Assembly: GCA_903907835.1 (NCBI GenBank)
Contig: CAIVPQ010000006.1
Span: 1 to 46,551, forward strand
From: an uncultured Actinomycetes bacterium
GTDB lineage: Bacteria > Actinomycetota > Actinomycetes > S36-B12 > UBA5976
Direction of reading: 5' to 3'
Length of the DNA: 46,551 nt
This document shows, piece by piece, positions 9,407-18,032 of the stretch. A program made the translations under genes and the position numbers. Position 1 is the first letter of the stretch. Each line of letters opens with the position of its first letter. The notes beneath the pieces were generated by a model that searched no databases, was not told where the DNA came from, and saw only the letters and a program-made list of their open reading frames with translations.

Positions 9407-10078
9407 ATGATTCCTAAGGTGATTCACTACACCTGGTTTAGTGGCGAGAAAAAACCTCAACTAGTCCAAGAATGTCTGGAATCGTGGCGTCGAGTTTTTC
9501 ATGATTACGAAATTGTGGAATGGAACAGTCAAAACTGCGATCTAGATGTGGTTGATTTCACAAGGCAGGCAGCCGAGCGTAAACGTTGGGCCTTCGTATC
9601 TGATTACTTTCGCTTTGACTTGCTAGCAAGACATGGTGGCATTTACCTCGATTTGGACATGCAAGCAGTAAAACCATTTGACGAAATGTTAGACAATCAG
9701 GCCTTCACAGGTTTTGAAACCTTCAAAGGAACGTTAATCCCAGTTACCTCGGCGTTGGGATCTGTCCCGGGCCATCCTTTTGCAGTGGGTGCGCGTGATA
9801 TTTTTGCCCGATCTCAATTCATTCTCGAAACTGGGAAACAAGATGTAACACCCATGGGCCAGAGATTAAAGTCATTCATGATTGATGATATGGGACTTGA
9901 GATGCGAGACATCAAACAAACTCTTGCGAATGGACTAACTGTTTATCCAAGTACCGTTCTGTGTCACGAAAGTAAAGATAGTGTTGTCATCAATCACTTC
10001 ATGGCAAGTTGGATCCCATGGCACAAAAAGCGTAAAGCACAGGTCGGCGATGTTTTACGAAAGCTAAATCTTCGTTGA
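9407..10078 (+). CDS. Glycosyltransferase with DXD sugar-binding region (GT32 / capsular synthesis-like)
   Basis: IPKVIHYTWFSGEKKP..., YEIVEWN, VSDYFRFDLLARHGGIYLDLDM. I prefer the ATG at 9407, preceded by a GGGG Shine-Dalgarno, over the track's TTG at 9389. Confidence 0.65.
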   Translation: MIPKVIHYTWFSGEKKPQLVQECLESWRRVFHDYEIVEWNSQNCDLDVVDFTRQAAERKRWAFVSDYFRFDLLARHGGIYLDLDMQAVKPFDEMLDNQAFTGFETFKGTLIPVTSALGSVPGHPFAVGARDIFARSQFILETGKQDVTPMGQRLKSFMIDDMGLEMRDIKQTLANGLTVYPSTVLCHESKDSVVINHFMASWIPWHKKRKAQVGDVLRKLNLR

Positions 10079-10098
10079 ACTATTTAAGGCGAAAACGA

Positions 10099-10878
10099 CT
10101 ATTTCTTTAAGTATCGATTTCCGAGCCAGGCAATTTGATACATCAAAACTTTGGAAAAGTTAGTTTCTATTTTCCGGCCGAGCGCTCTTCTAGAGAGCCA
10201 AATTTGTTTTGCTTCTGAGTACGAGATTATTGCGCTCCCGCTCGTATGTTGGTTTGAGTGCACGCGATATTTAATTATTGGATTAGCTAAATTATCCACT
10301 TGACCCATGGTAGAAATCCTCAACCAGAGGTCGTAGTCCTCTGTTCTAATGCACTTTGGATTGTATCCACCAGCGAGATCGACAACATCCTTTCGAAACA
10401 TGACCGTCGGATGAATTAAGGAATTGCGCAGTAGTAGACGCGAAGTTATGGTGCGGCATCCTGTTGGAACAACTTTTGGCCGTTCTTGTTCTATTCCGTG
10501 TTCGTTTATGACCAGTGCGGAGCCACCAAGAAGAACAAGATTTGGATTTTCTACAAACCGCTTTACTTGTTGCTCAATCCGAGTTGGCAGGTTTATGTCA
10601 TCCGCGTCAATTCGGGCAATCAATTCACCATTTGCAATTGAAAGTCCATCATTTAAAGTTTGCGCAATTCCAAGCGAAACATCGTGAGTAACTATTTGTA
10701 CAGGATTTTCTATTGCGGCTTTAGAAATCACATCAAGGTTTTGAGAGGAAATACCATCAAGAACTGCAATCAATTCCCAGTTCTTGTAGGACTGTACTTT
10801 AATACTTTCAAGAGTTTCCGCTAACCACGGAGAGCTGGGAGCAATGGGTAATAAAAATGAGACGAGTGGCTCAGTCAT
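10099..10878 (-). CDS. Glycosyltransferase family 2
   Basis: VSFLLPIAPSSPWLAETLESIKVQSYKNWELIAVLDG and ARIDADDI (DxD), both typical of the GT-A fold. Confidence 0.85.
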   Translation of the reverse strand: MTEPLVSFLLPIAPSSPWLAETLESIKVQSYKNWELIAVLDGISSQNLDVISKAAIENPVQIVTHDVSLGIAQTLNDGLSIANGELIARIDADDINLPTRIEQQVKRFVENPNLVLLGGSALVINEHGIEQERPKVVPTGCRTITSRLLLRNSLIHPTVMFRKDVVDLAGGYNPKCIRTEDYDLWLRISTMGQVDNLANPIIKYRVHSNQHTSGSAIISYSEAKQIWLSRRALGRKIETNFSKVLMYQIAWLGNRYLKK

Positions 10879-10912
10879 TTGATTTACCTAAACTTTCCAA
10901 TTTCTAAATTTC

Positions 10913-12019
10913 CTATTGCGAACTATCGATAGCGTTTGTCACGGCTTGGGAGGTTTCGATATCCGAGGCTGGCAAACACAGACCCCGTTCAAAGAAATCA
11001 ACAGCCACGTTTCCCCCGATGAATTGTGCCGAGGAAAAAACTGGTTGAAGATGCATGGGCTTCCACACAGATCGCGACTCAATTCGATTTTGTGCCAACA
11101 TCAAACGCATTTCCTCGCTGTGTTTGGCAGTTTCAAACAATGCGACCGTAATCCAGTTATTTCCAACACTCCAAGGCGCATCTTGTTGAATTGCCACTGC
11201 ATCATTACTAGAAAAGTAGTTTGTGTAATGCTCTAATGCTGCTTTCCGAGATGCGATTATTTGCGGAAGCCTAGAAAGTTGAGCGCGCCCAATTGCTGCC
11301 AGAATATTGCTTAGGCGGTAGTTGAAACCAACTTCATTGTGCTCATACCAATGCACAGGCTCGCGCGCCTGAGTTGCAAGGTGCCTTATCCGATCTGTGA
11401 AACCTTGATCATTTGAGACGACCATGCCACCGCCACTTGTGGTGATGATTTTATTTCCATTAAATGAAAAGACTCCGGCTTGTCCGAACGACCCAGCCAT
11501 TTGGCTACTATTGCTGGAGCCAAGTGCTTCGGCTGCATCTTCAATCAGGATCACACCATACTTCTGACAGATCGTCGTGATTTCCTCATAGTGTGCAACT
11601 TGTCCAAAAACATCTACGACAATTATGGCTTTTGGGATGTCTCCAGAATCGGCACGCTTTTGCAAGAAATCATCCAAAACATTCGGATCTACATTCCAAC
11701 TCTGTGATTCAGAATCCATAAAAATCGGTTTTGCACCAACATAGGTCACGGCAAAGGCGGTGGCTGCAAATGTCATCGTCGGAACGATTACTTCATCACC
11801 TGCGCCAACACCTGATGCCAATAAGCACAAATGTAGACCGGCAGTTCCACTTGAAAGTGCGACAGCATGTTTCACACCGACAAAGTTCGCAACCTCTTGT
11901 TCGAATGCCTCCACATCGGGGCCTAGAGGTGCGACCCAACCAGACTCAAGCGCAGAGATTACATACTTGGTCTCAAGCACCCCTACATTCGGGGGAGAAA
12001 GAAATATGTCGAAACTCAT
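10913..12019 (-). CDS. DegT/DnrJ/EryC1/StrS-family PLP-dependent sugar aminotransferase (PglE-like)
   Basis: VIVPTMTFAATA, IIEDAAEALGS, and FSFNGNKIITTSGGGMV carrying the PLP lysine. 4-nt overlap with the upstream dehydratase. Confidence 0.9.
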   Translation of the reverse strand: MSFDIFLSPPNVGVLETKYVISALESGWVAPLGPDVEAFEQEVANFVGVKHAVALSSGTAGLHLCLLASGVGAGDEVIVPTMTFAATAFAVTYVGAKPIFMDSESQSWNVDPNVLDDFLQKRADSGDIPKAIIVVDVFGQVAHYEEITTICQKYGVILIEDAAEALGSSNSSQMAGSFGQAGVFSFNGNKIITTSGGGMVVSNDQGFTDRIRHLATQAREPVHWYEHNEVGFNYRLSNILAAIGRAQLSRLPQIIASRKAALEHYTNYFSSNDAVAIQQDAPWSVGNNWITVALFETAKHSEEMRLMLAQNRIESRSVWKPMHLQPVFSSAQFIGGNVAVDFFERGLCLPASDIETSQAVTNAIDSSQ

Positions 12020-13851
12020 GTCGTTGCTCGTCTGTTTTCCAATTCAAATAGAGCGAAGTCAGTACAGGTTTTCAACTCGCTATTTCGGATACTTGCAATC
12101 GAAACATGCGGCACTTGCACTCGAGAAATTAGGCTGTGACTTGTTTCTCGGGGCACTTCCGAAGAACTGAACAGTTCCTCATGTAATTTTTCGCCACTTC
12201 GCAAACCCGTAAATTCAATTGCTATGTCTGCATGAGATAACTCAATAACCTGCTTAGCAAGCTCAACAATCTTTACCGGGGTTCCCATGTCTAGTACTAA
12301 CACATCCCCGTTTTCCCCTAATGCACCAGATTGAATTACCAACTGCACAGCCTCGGGAATCGTCATGAAATAGCGAGTTATTTCTGGGTGAGTGACAGTT
12401 ACCGGCCCACCACTAGCAACCTGGTTAGCGAACGTTGTTAGAACTGAGCCTCGGCTGCCCAATACATTGCCAAACCTTACTGACACGAATTTGTTTGTCT
12501 CGTTCTGCCCAAAAGTTGAAGTGAGTCTCTCGGCTAATCGCTTTGCATGTCCAAGCACACTTGAAGGGCTGGCAGCCTTATCTGTACTGATATTCACGAA
12601 GACTTCAGTCCCACAATTTTTCGCTGCCTCAAGGACATTTAGCGTCCCCAACACATTTGTCTTCCATGCCTCTGTCGGGTATTTCTCTAGCATAGGCAGA
12701 TGTTTTAGTGCGGCAGCATGAAAAACAACTTGAGGCATACGATTTTCAAAAATTTCATTCAGAGTCTCTGAGTCTCTAATGTCAGCAAGAATAGTGTCCG
12801 AGGTGTCGAGCAGAGCCCGTCCCTCTAATGAAAGTTGCAAGGAATGCAATGCTGATTCATCACGATCGAGCATCATGAGTTCTGCAGGATCATATAGTCG
12901 CAATTGTCGACATAATTCACTACCGATGGAGCCACCTGCTCCGGTGACTAGCACTCGTTTACCAGCTATGAATCCAGCGATACTTTCGACATTAGTGTCG
13001 ATTTGTTGGCGACCGAGTAAGTCATTGATGTCAATAGAATTCAAATCCCGAAACCCGACCCGACCATCAACTAGTTCTCCCAATGGTGGAAGGGTCTTGA
13101 CTACTAGATTTGCCGCAGTTCCCGCAGCATTTAGTTCGCGGTAGAGGTAACCGGGGCCTTTTGCCAAGGCAATAATCAGAGTGGTTGCCCCAGTTTTCTT
13201 CACTGCTTCGGCGACATTAGCTCGGCCACCGAAATAAGGGATGTTGCGAATTCGTATATAGCTGGAACTGGCATCATCATCCAAAATGCCAACTGGTAGG
13301 TATGGTGAACTGGCATCGGTTAGCATGCTGTCAATAAGTTGCTGCCCTGCTGAACCGGCGCCAAAGATAAGAGCAGGTTCCGCACCTCTTGGCCGCTGAG
13401 AACTTTCTCTGCGCATTCTGATCAACATGCTGACACCCAGGATGCTCACTAACGATCCCAATGAGCCCGCAATAACTGTTGACTGGGGTAACAATTGCCC
13501 AAGAAGATATTCAGTCGAAGGCCAAAGGTTGGAGATTGAGAAAAGAATCAGAGCAGTGAGGCCTACCGCCTTAGTTATGGCAAATATTTCATCTTTGCTA
13601 CCGATGATGTAGCCACCCTGAAAAATGTGTAGCTTTAAGCCAATTGCAATGTAAATAACAATTGCTAAAAAGGCGCCAATTATCGCGTGTATCCAGGGAG
13701 CTCGTTCGGAGACGTCCACGTATCTGAGATAGAAGAATCCAAAAATACTCCCTGTCCAACACAATGAGGAGAGTGAGATCAGGGCAGAAAGTCTGTGCGC
13801 GGATAGTAACCGCTCCATTTTGTCCACGACAGCCATATGTGGAGCGTACAC
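12016..13851 (-). CDS. Membrane-anchored polysaccharide biosynthesis protein CapD / PglF-like UDP-HexNAc 4,6-dehydratase
   Basis: N-terminal TM helices, two Rossmann folds (IFGAGSAGQQL; VLVTGAGGSIGSEL), and ISTDKAASPSSVLGHAKR. Confidence 0.9.
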   Translation of the reverse strand: MYAPHMAVVDKMERLLSAHRLSALISLSSLCWTGSIFGFFYLRYVDVSERAPWIHAIIGAFLAIVIYIAIGLKLHIFQGGYIIGSKDEIFAITKAVGLTALILFSISNLWPSTEYLLGQLLPQSTVIAGSLGSLVSILGVSMLIRMRRESSQRPRGAEPALIFGAGSAGQQLIDSMLTDASSPYLPVGILDDDASSSYIRIRNIPYFGGRANVAEAVKKTGATTLIIALAKGPGYLYRELNAAGTAANLVVKTLPPLGELVDGRVGFRDLNSIDINDLLGRQQIDTNVESIAGFIAGKRVLVTGAGGSIGSELCRQLRLYDPAELMMLDRDESALHSLQLSLEGRALLDTSDTILADIRDSETLNEIFENRMPQVVFHAAALKHLPMLEKYPTEAWKTNVLGTLNVLEAAKNCGTEVFVNISTDKAASPSSVLGHAKRLAERLTSTFGQNETNKFVSVRFGNVLGSRGSVLTTFANQVASGGPVTVTHPEITRYFMTIPEAVQLVIQSGALGENGDVLVLDMGTPVKIVELAKQVIELSHADIAIEFTGLRSGEKLHEELFSSSEVPRETSHSLISRVQVPHVSIASIRNSELKTCTDFALFELENRRATT

Positions 13852-13970
13852 TTTGCCGGGGCATCTGTGAATTTGAGAGAGAATGTTTAAATAGAACTAG
13901 GCTCTTTTACAGGCAATTGTCATGAGTAATTTGGACAATTGCGCTTTATGTTGATTTTGGCGGGGGACAT

Positions 13971-15722
13971 ATGGTTACCATCAGACGAGTGTTTTGGGCT
14001 GCATGCTTGACCATAATGGTTTCTGCACTCATGGGACTTTGGATGGCATATGGGGCAGCAATGGCCCAGCAAGATCTAAGCAATGCTCGTAAGCGCGCAA
14101 CTCAGGTGTACGGGGTCGGTCAAGATCCAAGTCGATTAGTCAAAGTGATAAGAAACCTTAAATCAGATTTGGCTAGTGCAAGCTCTCGAGTCCATGACCC
14201 AGTGTGGTGGATTGTTACCCGTATTCCGTATGTTGGCAGAACTCCAATGGCACTTGTAACTACAGTCGATTCGCTTAACAATGTGCTTAATGCCACTAGC
14301 AAATCTGAAATTGCCCTGGCAAAATTCAAGCGAGACAAGACAGTTCTTATTGATCCCAAATTACTTAAGATCGCTTCAGGAATCATTGCAGATGTGCGCC
14401 CGCACATTCTTACGGGAGAAAGTAATCTTTCTAACTTAAATCTTGCCGGTGTTCCCAGCCTCCTAGCAGATCCTGTTGAGCAGGTAAAAGACCAATTCGT
14501 TAGCGCTGTGCCCTATGTGAAACAAGGTCAAGATTTCCTTGACATTGCACCTTTCCTCTTGGGATTGAATAAACCCAAAAATTGGCTCTTGATTATGAAT
14601 AATGGAGCCGAGGCTCGTGCAACTGGGGGCATGCCTGGTGGGTGGGGAACTCTTGAGGCAAGTGGTGGAAGGCTCAAACTAACGCGCATAGAGACAAATA
14701 CTGAGATCAACGCCCGGCCCTTAGTCAACTGGAAGCGTTATGTGCCAGCAGATGTGGCAAATCTTTACGGCTCTGATTTAGCCAAACTTTCGGATATGAA
14801 TTTAAGTCCTGACTATCCAACAAATGCCGCACTGATGAATGCTCTTTATCGACAGCACACGGGTCAGCAGGTGGATGGAGTTTTATCTGTAGATCAGTTC
14901 ACGGTTGCAGGAATTCTGACTGCTGTTGGACCAGTAGTCGTGGATGGGAAAAGGTTGGATGCCAACAATGCGGTCGATTATTTGACTAAAGGTGTCTATC
15001 AGGATTACCCAAATCCAGCCAAAAAAGATCAGGTCGTGATGGAAATCACTCGGGTTGTCTTTAACAAATTGACACGAGGCAACGTTAACGAATTGCGGAT
15101 AGCTCGCGCCCTAGTACCGAGCATTTCTCGCCAGAGAGTGCATTTTTGGTCGAGCAATTCAAGTATTCAAACGCTGATTTCTCGGACATCACTCTCGGGC
15201 TCAATGGAGGGTCCTGATGCGCCATCACACATGGCCGTATTAATAAATGGCGCCGGCAACAAAATAGATGCTTACGTCTCTGCAAAGGTTTTCTATGATG
15301 CAGGTCAATGTCTAGCAGATGCACCGTTTCGTCTAGCCAAAATGTCTGTCCAGATAACCAACAAGGCGCCAAAGACTGGATTGCCAAGTTATGTAACACC
15401 CAGAAATGATCTGGGCGCGAGATTCTCGGGCAAATATCCAGGCTCTACCAAGATGCTTGTCTATTTTCATATTCCGGCAGGGTCTGAATTTGTGTCAGCA
15501 CAAATTGCGGGTCGTGAAGTGGAGTTGACCTCTCAGGGCACCGACCATGGGCGCACTGTGTACGAGCTGGACGTCGTCTTGCCCGCAAATTCAAGTAGAG
15601 CCTTGACTGTTGAATATAATGAGCCGACTTTAGTTGACAATGAGAACGTCAGCATGGGTATTCAACCGATGGCTATTCCGATGCAAACGCAGATAAACTT
15701 AGGCGAAACCTGTAAGAATTGA
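13971..15722 (+). CDS. DUF4012-like membrane-anchored extracytoplasmic protein
   Basis: A single N-terminal TM helix followed by a large domain containing NNGAEARATGGMPGGWG. This resembles my recollection of the DUF4012 family found in actinobacterial EPS loci. No HMM was run. Confidence 0.5.
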   Translation: MVTIRRVFWAACLTIMVSALMGLWMAYGAAMAQQDLSNARKRATQVYGVGQDPSRLVKVIRNLKSDLASASSRVHDPVWWIVTRIPYVGRTPMALVTTVDSLNNVLNATSKSEIALAKFKRDKTVLIDPKLLKIASGIIADVRPHILTGESNLSNLNLAGVPSLLADPVEQVKDQFVSAVPYVKQGQDFLDIAPFLLGLNKPKNWLLIMNNGAEARATGGMPGGWGTLEASGGRLKLTRIETNTEINARPLVNWKRYVPADVANLYGSDLAKLSDMNLSPDYPTNAALMNALYRQHTGQQVDGVLSVDQFTVAGILTAVGPVVVDGKRLDANNAVDYLTKGVYQDYPNPAKKDQVVMEITRVVFNKLTRGNVNELRIARALVPSISRQRVHFWSSNSSIQTLISRTSLSGSMEGPDAPSHMAVLINGAGNKIDAYVSAKVFYDAGQCLADAPFRLAKMSVQITNKAPKTGLPSYVTPRNDLGARFSGKYPGSTKMLVYFHIPAGSEFVSAQIAGREVELTSQGTDHGRTVYELDVVLPANSSRALTVEYNEPTLVDNENVSMGIQPMAIPMQTQINLGETCKN

Positions 15723-15792
15723 CTTATGGTCTTTCAGGCTAGATTTAGATCGTGAAGTAAAAGATTATTAGCAAGAGAGGAATCATGGCCAT

Positions 15793-16386
15793 ATGAATAC
15801 AAAAATTCTAAAGCTGATTTCTGCGTGCATGTTTGGCATGCTTCTTGCACTGTGCGTTAATACCAACCCCTCATCGGCATATCCGCCAGGTAAAAAACTG
15901 AAATTTTCTTTGAATAACCTTGTAGTGAAGCCCGGGGCTTCACCTCCAACAATCACGCTGACCAATCTTTGTGTGAAAGGAGCATCTGTTTTTCTAAATG
16001 GCGTTTTTTACAAGTCTGTTCCATCAGTAAAAGGAAAAGGCACGCTGAAGATTAAAGCGTTGAAAGTTGGCAAATATACTGTCAAAGTAAACACTTGTGG
16101 CGAAATAGGAAGCACGACGGTCTATGTCCCCGGTGCCGTACCAATTCCCCAGAAGCAAATTATAAAACGCCCCTTGACTTTGTACGTTAAGTACTTACCG
16201 GCTGGATATGTTGTCACCTTTAAACTCAGCGGGAAAATAATTTCAAAGGTTAAGCCAGTGCGTGCTGGCATTACCGGTATTTCAAAAATTGTAGTTCCCG
16301 CTTCCACGCTGAAAAAAGGCTATAACCAAGTGAGTTTGTTACTCGGTACGCTTGTCACAATCACAGGAAAAATCAAGGGGATCTAA
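15793..16386 (+). CDS. Exported hypothetical protein (paralog A), probably an Ig-like beta-sandwich
   Basis: Signal peptide ending ..SSAYPPG. Shares AYPPG, GKY..., VY(V)..P and VP...L(K/R)KG.N.V(S/T).LLG.L with 17274..17858. Confidence 0.6.
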   Translation: MNTKILKLISACMFGMLLALCVNTNPSSAYPPGKKLKFSLNNLVVKPGASPPTITLTNLCVKGASVFLNGVFYKSVPSVKGKGTLKIKALKVGKYTVKVNTCGEIGSTTVYVPGAVPIPQKQIIKRPLTLYVKYLPAGYVVTFKLSGKIISKVKPVRAGITGISKIVVPASTLKKGYNQVSLLLGTLVTITGKIKGI

Positions 16387-16466
16387 CTCCTGCGGGATTT
16401 TTTACAGACTTGAAAAAATTGGGCGACGATATTGATGAAAATCAAGGGATAAGAAAATTGGTAGCC

Positions 16467-17156
16467 ATGAACTCAAAGCCCGTAGCCCGAATACTGGTTG
16501 TTTGTTCCGCAAATATTTGTCGCAGCCCAGCAGGTGAAGAGCTACTGCGCCGGCAACTTACTGAAAGCCCAGAGTTTCAAGAAATAGATATGGATTTTGT
16601 GATTTCCTCGGCTGGGACTAACGCTGTTTCTGGTTCGGCTCGATGTCCTGAGAGCATCTCATTTGCTGGACCTTTCTCCCACGATGCATCAAGAGAGTTT
16701 GGTGAAATTGATATTGAATCATTCGATTTGATTCTCACCATGGAACGTACACATCGGGGGATGCTAGTCAAAGAAAACCCACTTCTGCGAAATCGCCTAT
16801 TTACTCTTCGCGATGCGGGCTCTTTGGCAAAACATCTCTCTGGGCCAGGCTTGGTCTTAGATGTGGCTTCGAAAAAAGTAACTTTAGAATCCGCAACCAA
16901 GGGATTCGAATTTTCCCCTTTGGCAAAGGTTCCAGATTTGCCAGAATCACCAAATGAACGCTGGCAATGGTTCTTGGCTGAATTAGACGCCTGGAGAGGT
17001 CAAGTTCCGATGGCTATGGATGTCGGAAAATTTGGCGAAAATGATATTCCCGACCCGCATGACAAAGATCGCGCCAGCCACAACGAGTCTTTTGAGCTGC
17101 TAGAGACAGCGATTTTCGATTTTTGCCATGGATTAGCGCGTATTTTGACTCAGTGA
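16467..17156 (+). CDS. Low-molecular-weight protein-tyrosine phosphatase (Wzb-like) with a large internal insertion
   Basis: P-loop VVCSANICRSPAGE (CX5R-S) and a distal DIPDPH Asp loop. The track ORF starts at TTG 16410; the ATG at 16467 (MNSKPVARILVV) gives a typical N-terminus. Confidence 0.7.
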   Translation: MNSKPVARILVVCSANICRSPAGEELLRRQLTESPEFQEIDMDFVISSAGTNAVSGSARCPESISFAGPFSHDASREFGEIDIESFDLILTMERTHRGMLVKENPLLRNRLFTLRDAGSLAKHLSGPGLVLDVASKKVTLESATKGFEFSPLAKVPDLPESPNERWQWFLAELDAWRGQVPMAMDVGKFGENDIPDPHDKDRASHNESFELLETAIFDFCHGLARILTQ

Positions 17157-17208
17157 TGCCACAAATTTGGGTGATACACAGAATTTATCAGGATTTAACC
17201 TTTCAAAG

Positions 17209-17237
17209 TTGACCACGAATGCAACACGCCCTAGATT
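17209..17237 (+). promoter_or_regulatory. Candidate sigma-70-type promoter for paralog B
   Basis: TTGACC (17209-17214), a 17-nt spacer, then TAGATT (17232-17237), about 37 nt upstream of the ATG at 17274. Sequence match only. Confidence 0.3.
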
Positions 17238-17273
17238 AGGACTCAACCATTTCTTTACATTTTGGAGTCCCGA

Positions 17274-17858
17274 ATGAACCGCAAGTCTTTAATTGCTTCT
17301 TTGCTAGGAGCGACCTTCATTTTCGCTAGTGTCTTAGCAACACCAGCTGCTGCTTACCCACCAGGAACAGACCTAAATCTCTCGGTCGCTGATGACGTCA
17401 TAAATTGGGACTCTAGTTCGACGACAGTGTTCCCTTTGGTGACAAATGGCGGCTCAAAGGTCGTTGTGTGGATTAATGGCAAAAAGCGCACAACCTTAAA
17501 TACTGAAGGCGGTGCAGTTCTATTCCCATTCACAGCTGGTAAGTACGGCCGTAGCATCATCACTACTGTTTCCGGTAGCCAGAAGAAGACAATTTATGTC
17601 TACCGACCAACGAAACCAGTCATTTACAGCACCCAAAAAATCTCCAAGGCCTTCTTGGTTAAGACTAAGGGCGCTAAGCCAGGTACTCCTTACATTGTGC
17701 TAGTCAATGGCCAACCAGCTGGTGGTATGAGGGAAATCAATAATGGTGGTTTTGGAACGTTTTACGTACCGAAAAATAAGCTTCGCAAGGGCGAAAACAC
17801 CGTAACATTCTTACTCGGAGGATTAGAAGTTTCAAAGACGGTTAACGGCTTCAAGTAA
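17274..17858 (+). CDS. Exported hypothetical protein (paralog B of 15793..16386)
   Basis: Signal peptide ending ..AAAYPPG. Conserved blocks are shared with paralog A. ATG at 17274 with GGAG 7 nt upstream; the track start at 17262 is TTG. Confidence 0.6.
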   Translation: MNRKSLIASLLGATFIFASVLATPAAAYPPGTDLNLSVADDVINWDSSSTTVFPLVTNGGSKVVVWINGKKRTTLNTEGGAVLFPFTAGKYGRSIITTVSGSQKKTIYVYRPTKPVIYSTQKISKAFLVKTKGAKPGTPYIVLVNGQPAGGMREINNGGFGTFYVPKNKLRKGENTVTFLLGGLEVSKTVNGFK

Positions 17859-17874
17859 AAATTCTTAAAGCAAA

Positions 17875-17913
17875 TGTGGGTATCTCTGCGAGTTCAGAGG
17901 TACCCACATTTTT
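17875..17913 (+). terminator. Rho-independent terminator
   Basis: TGTGGGTATCTCTG / CAGAGGTACCCACA forms a 14-bp stem with one mismatch and a 6-nt loop, followed by TTTTT. Confidence 0.6.
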
Positions 17914-18032
17914 CATTTACCACAGCAAAAAAGAATATAGATTTTGCAACCTTCTCGACCTGAAGGTATTGTCGCGTTGAGGGCTGCCATTATTAAGTTG
18001 TTGAAAGTCCGCAACCTACTAAAGGATTAATC

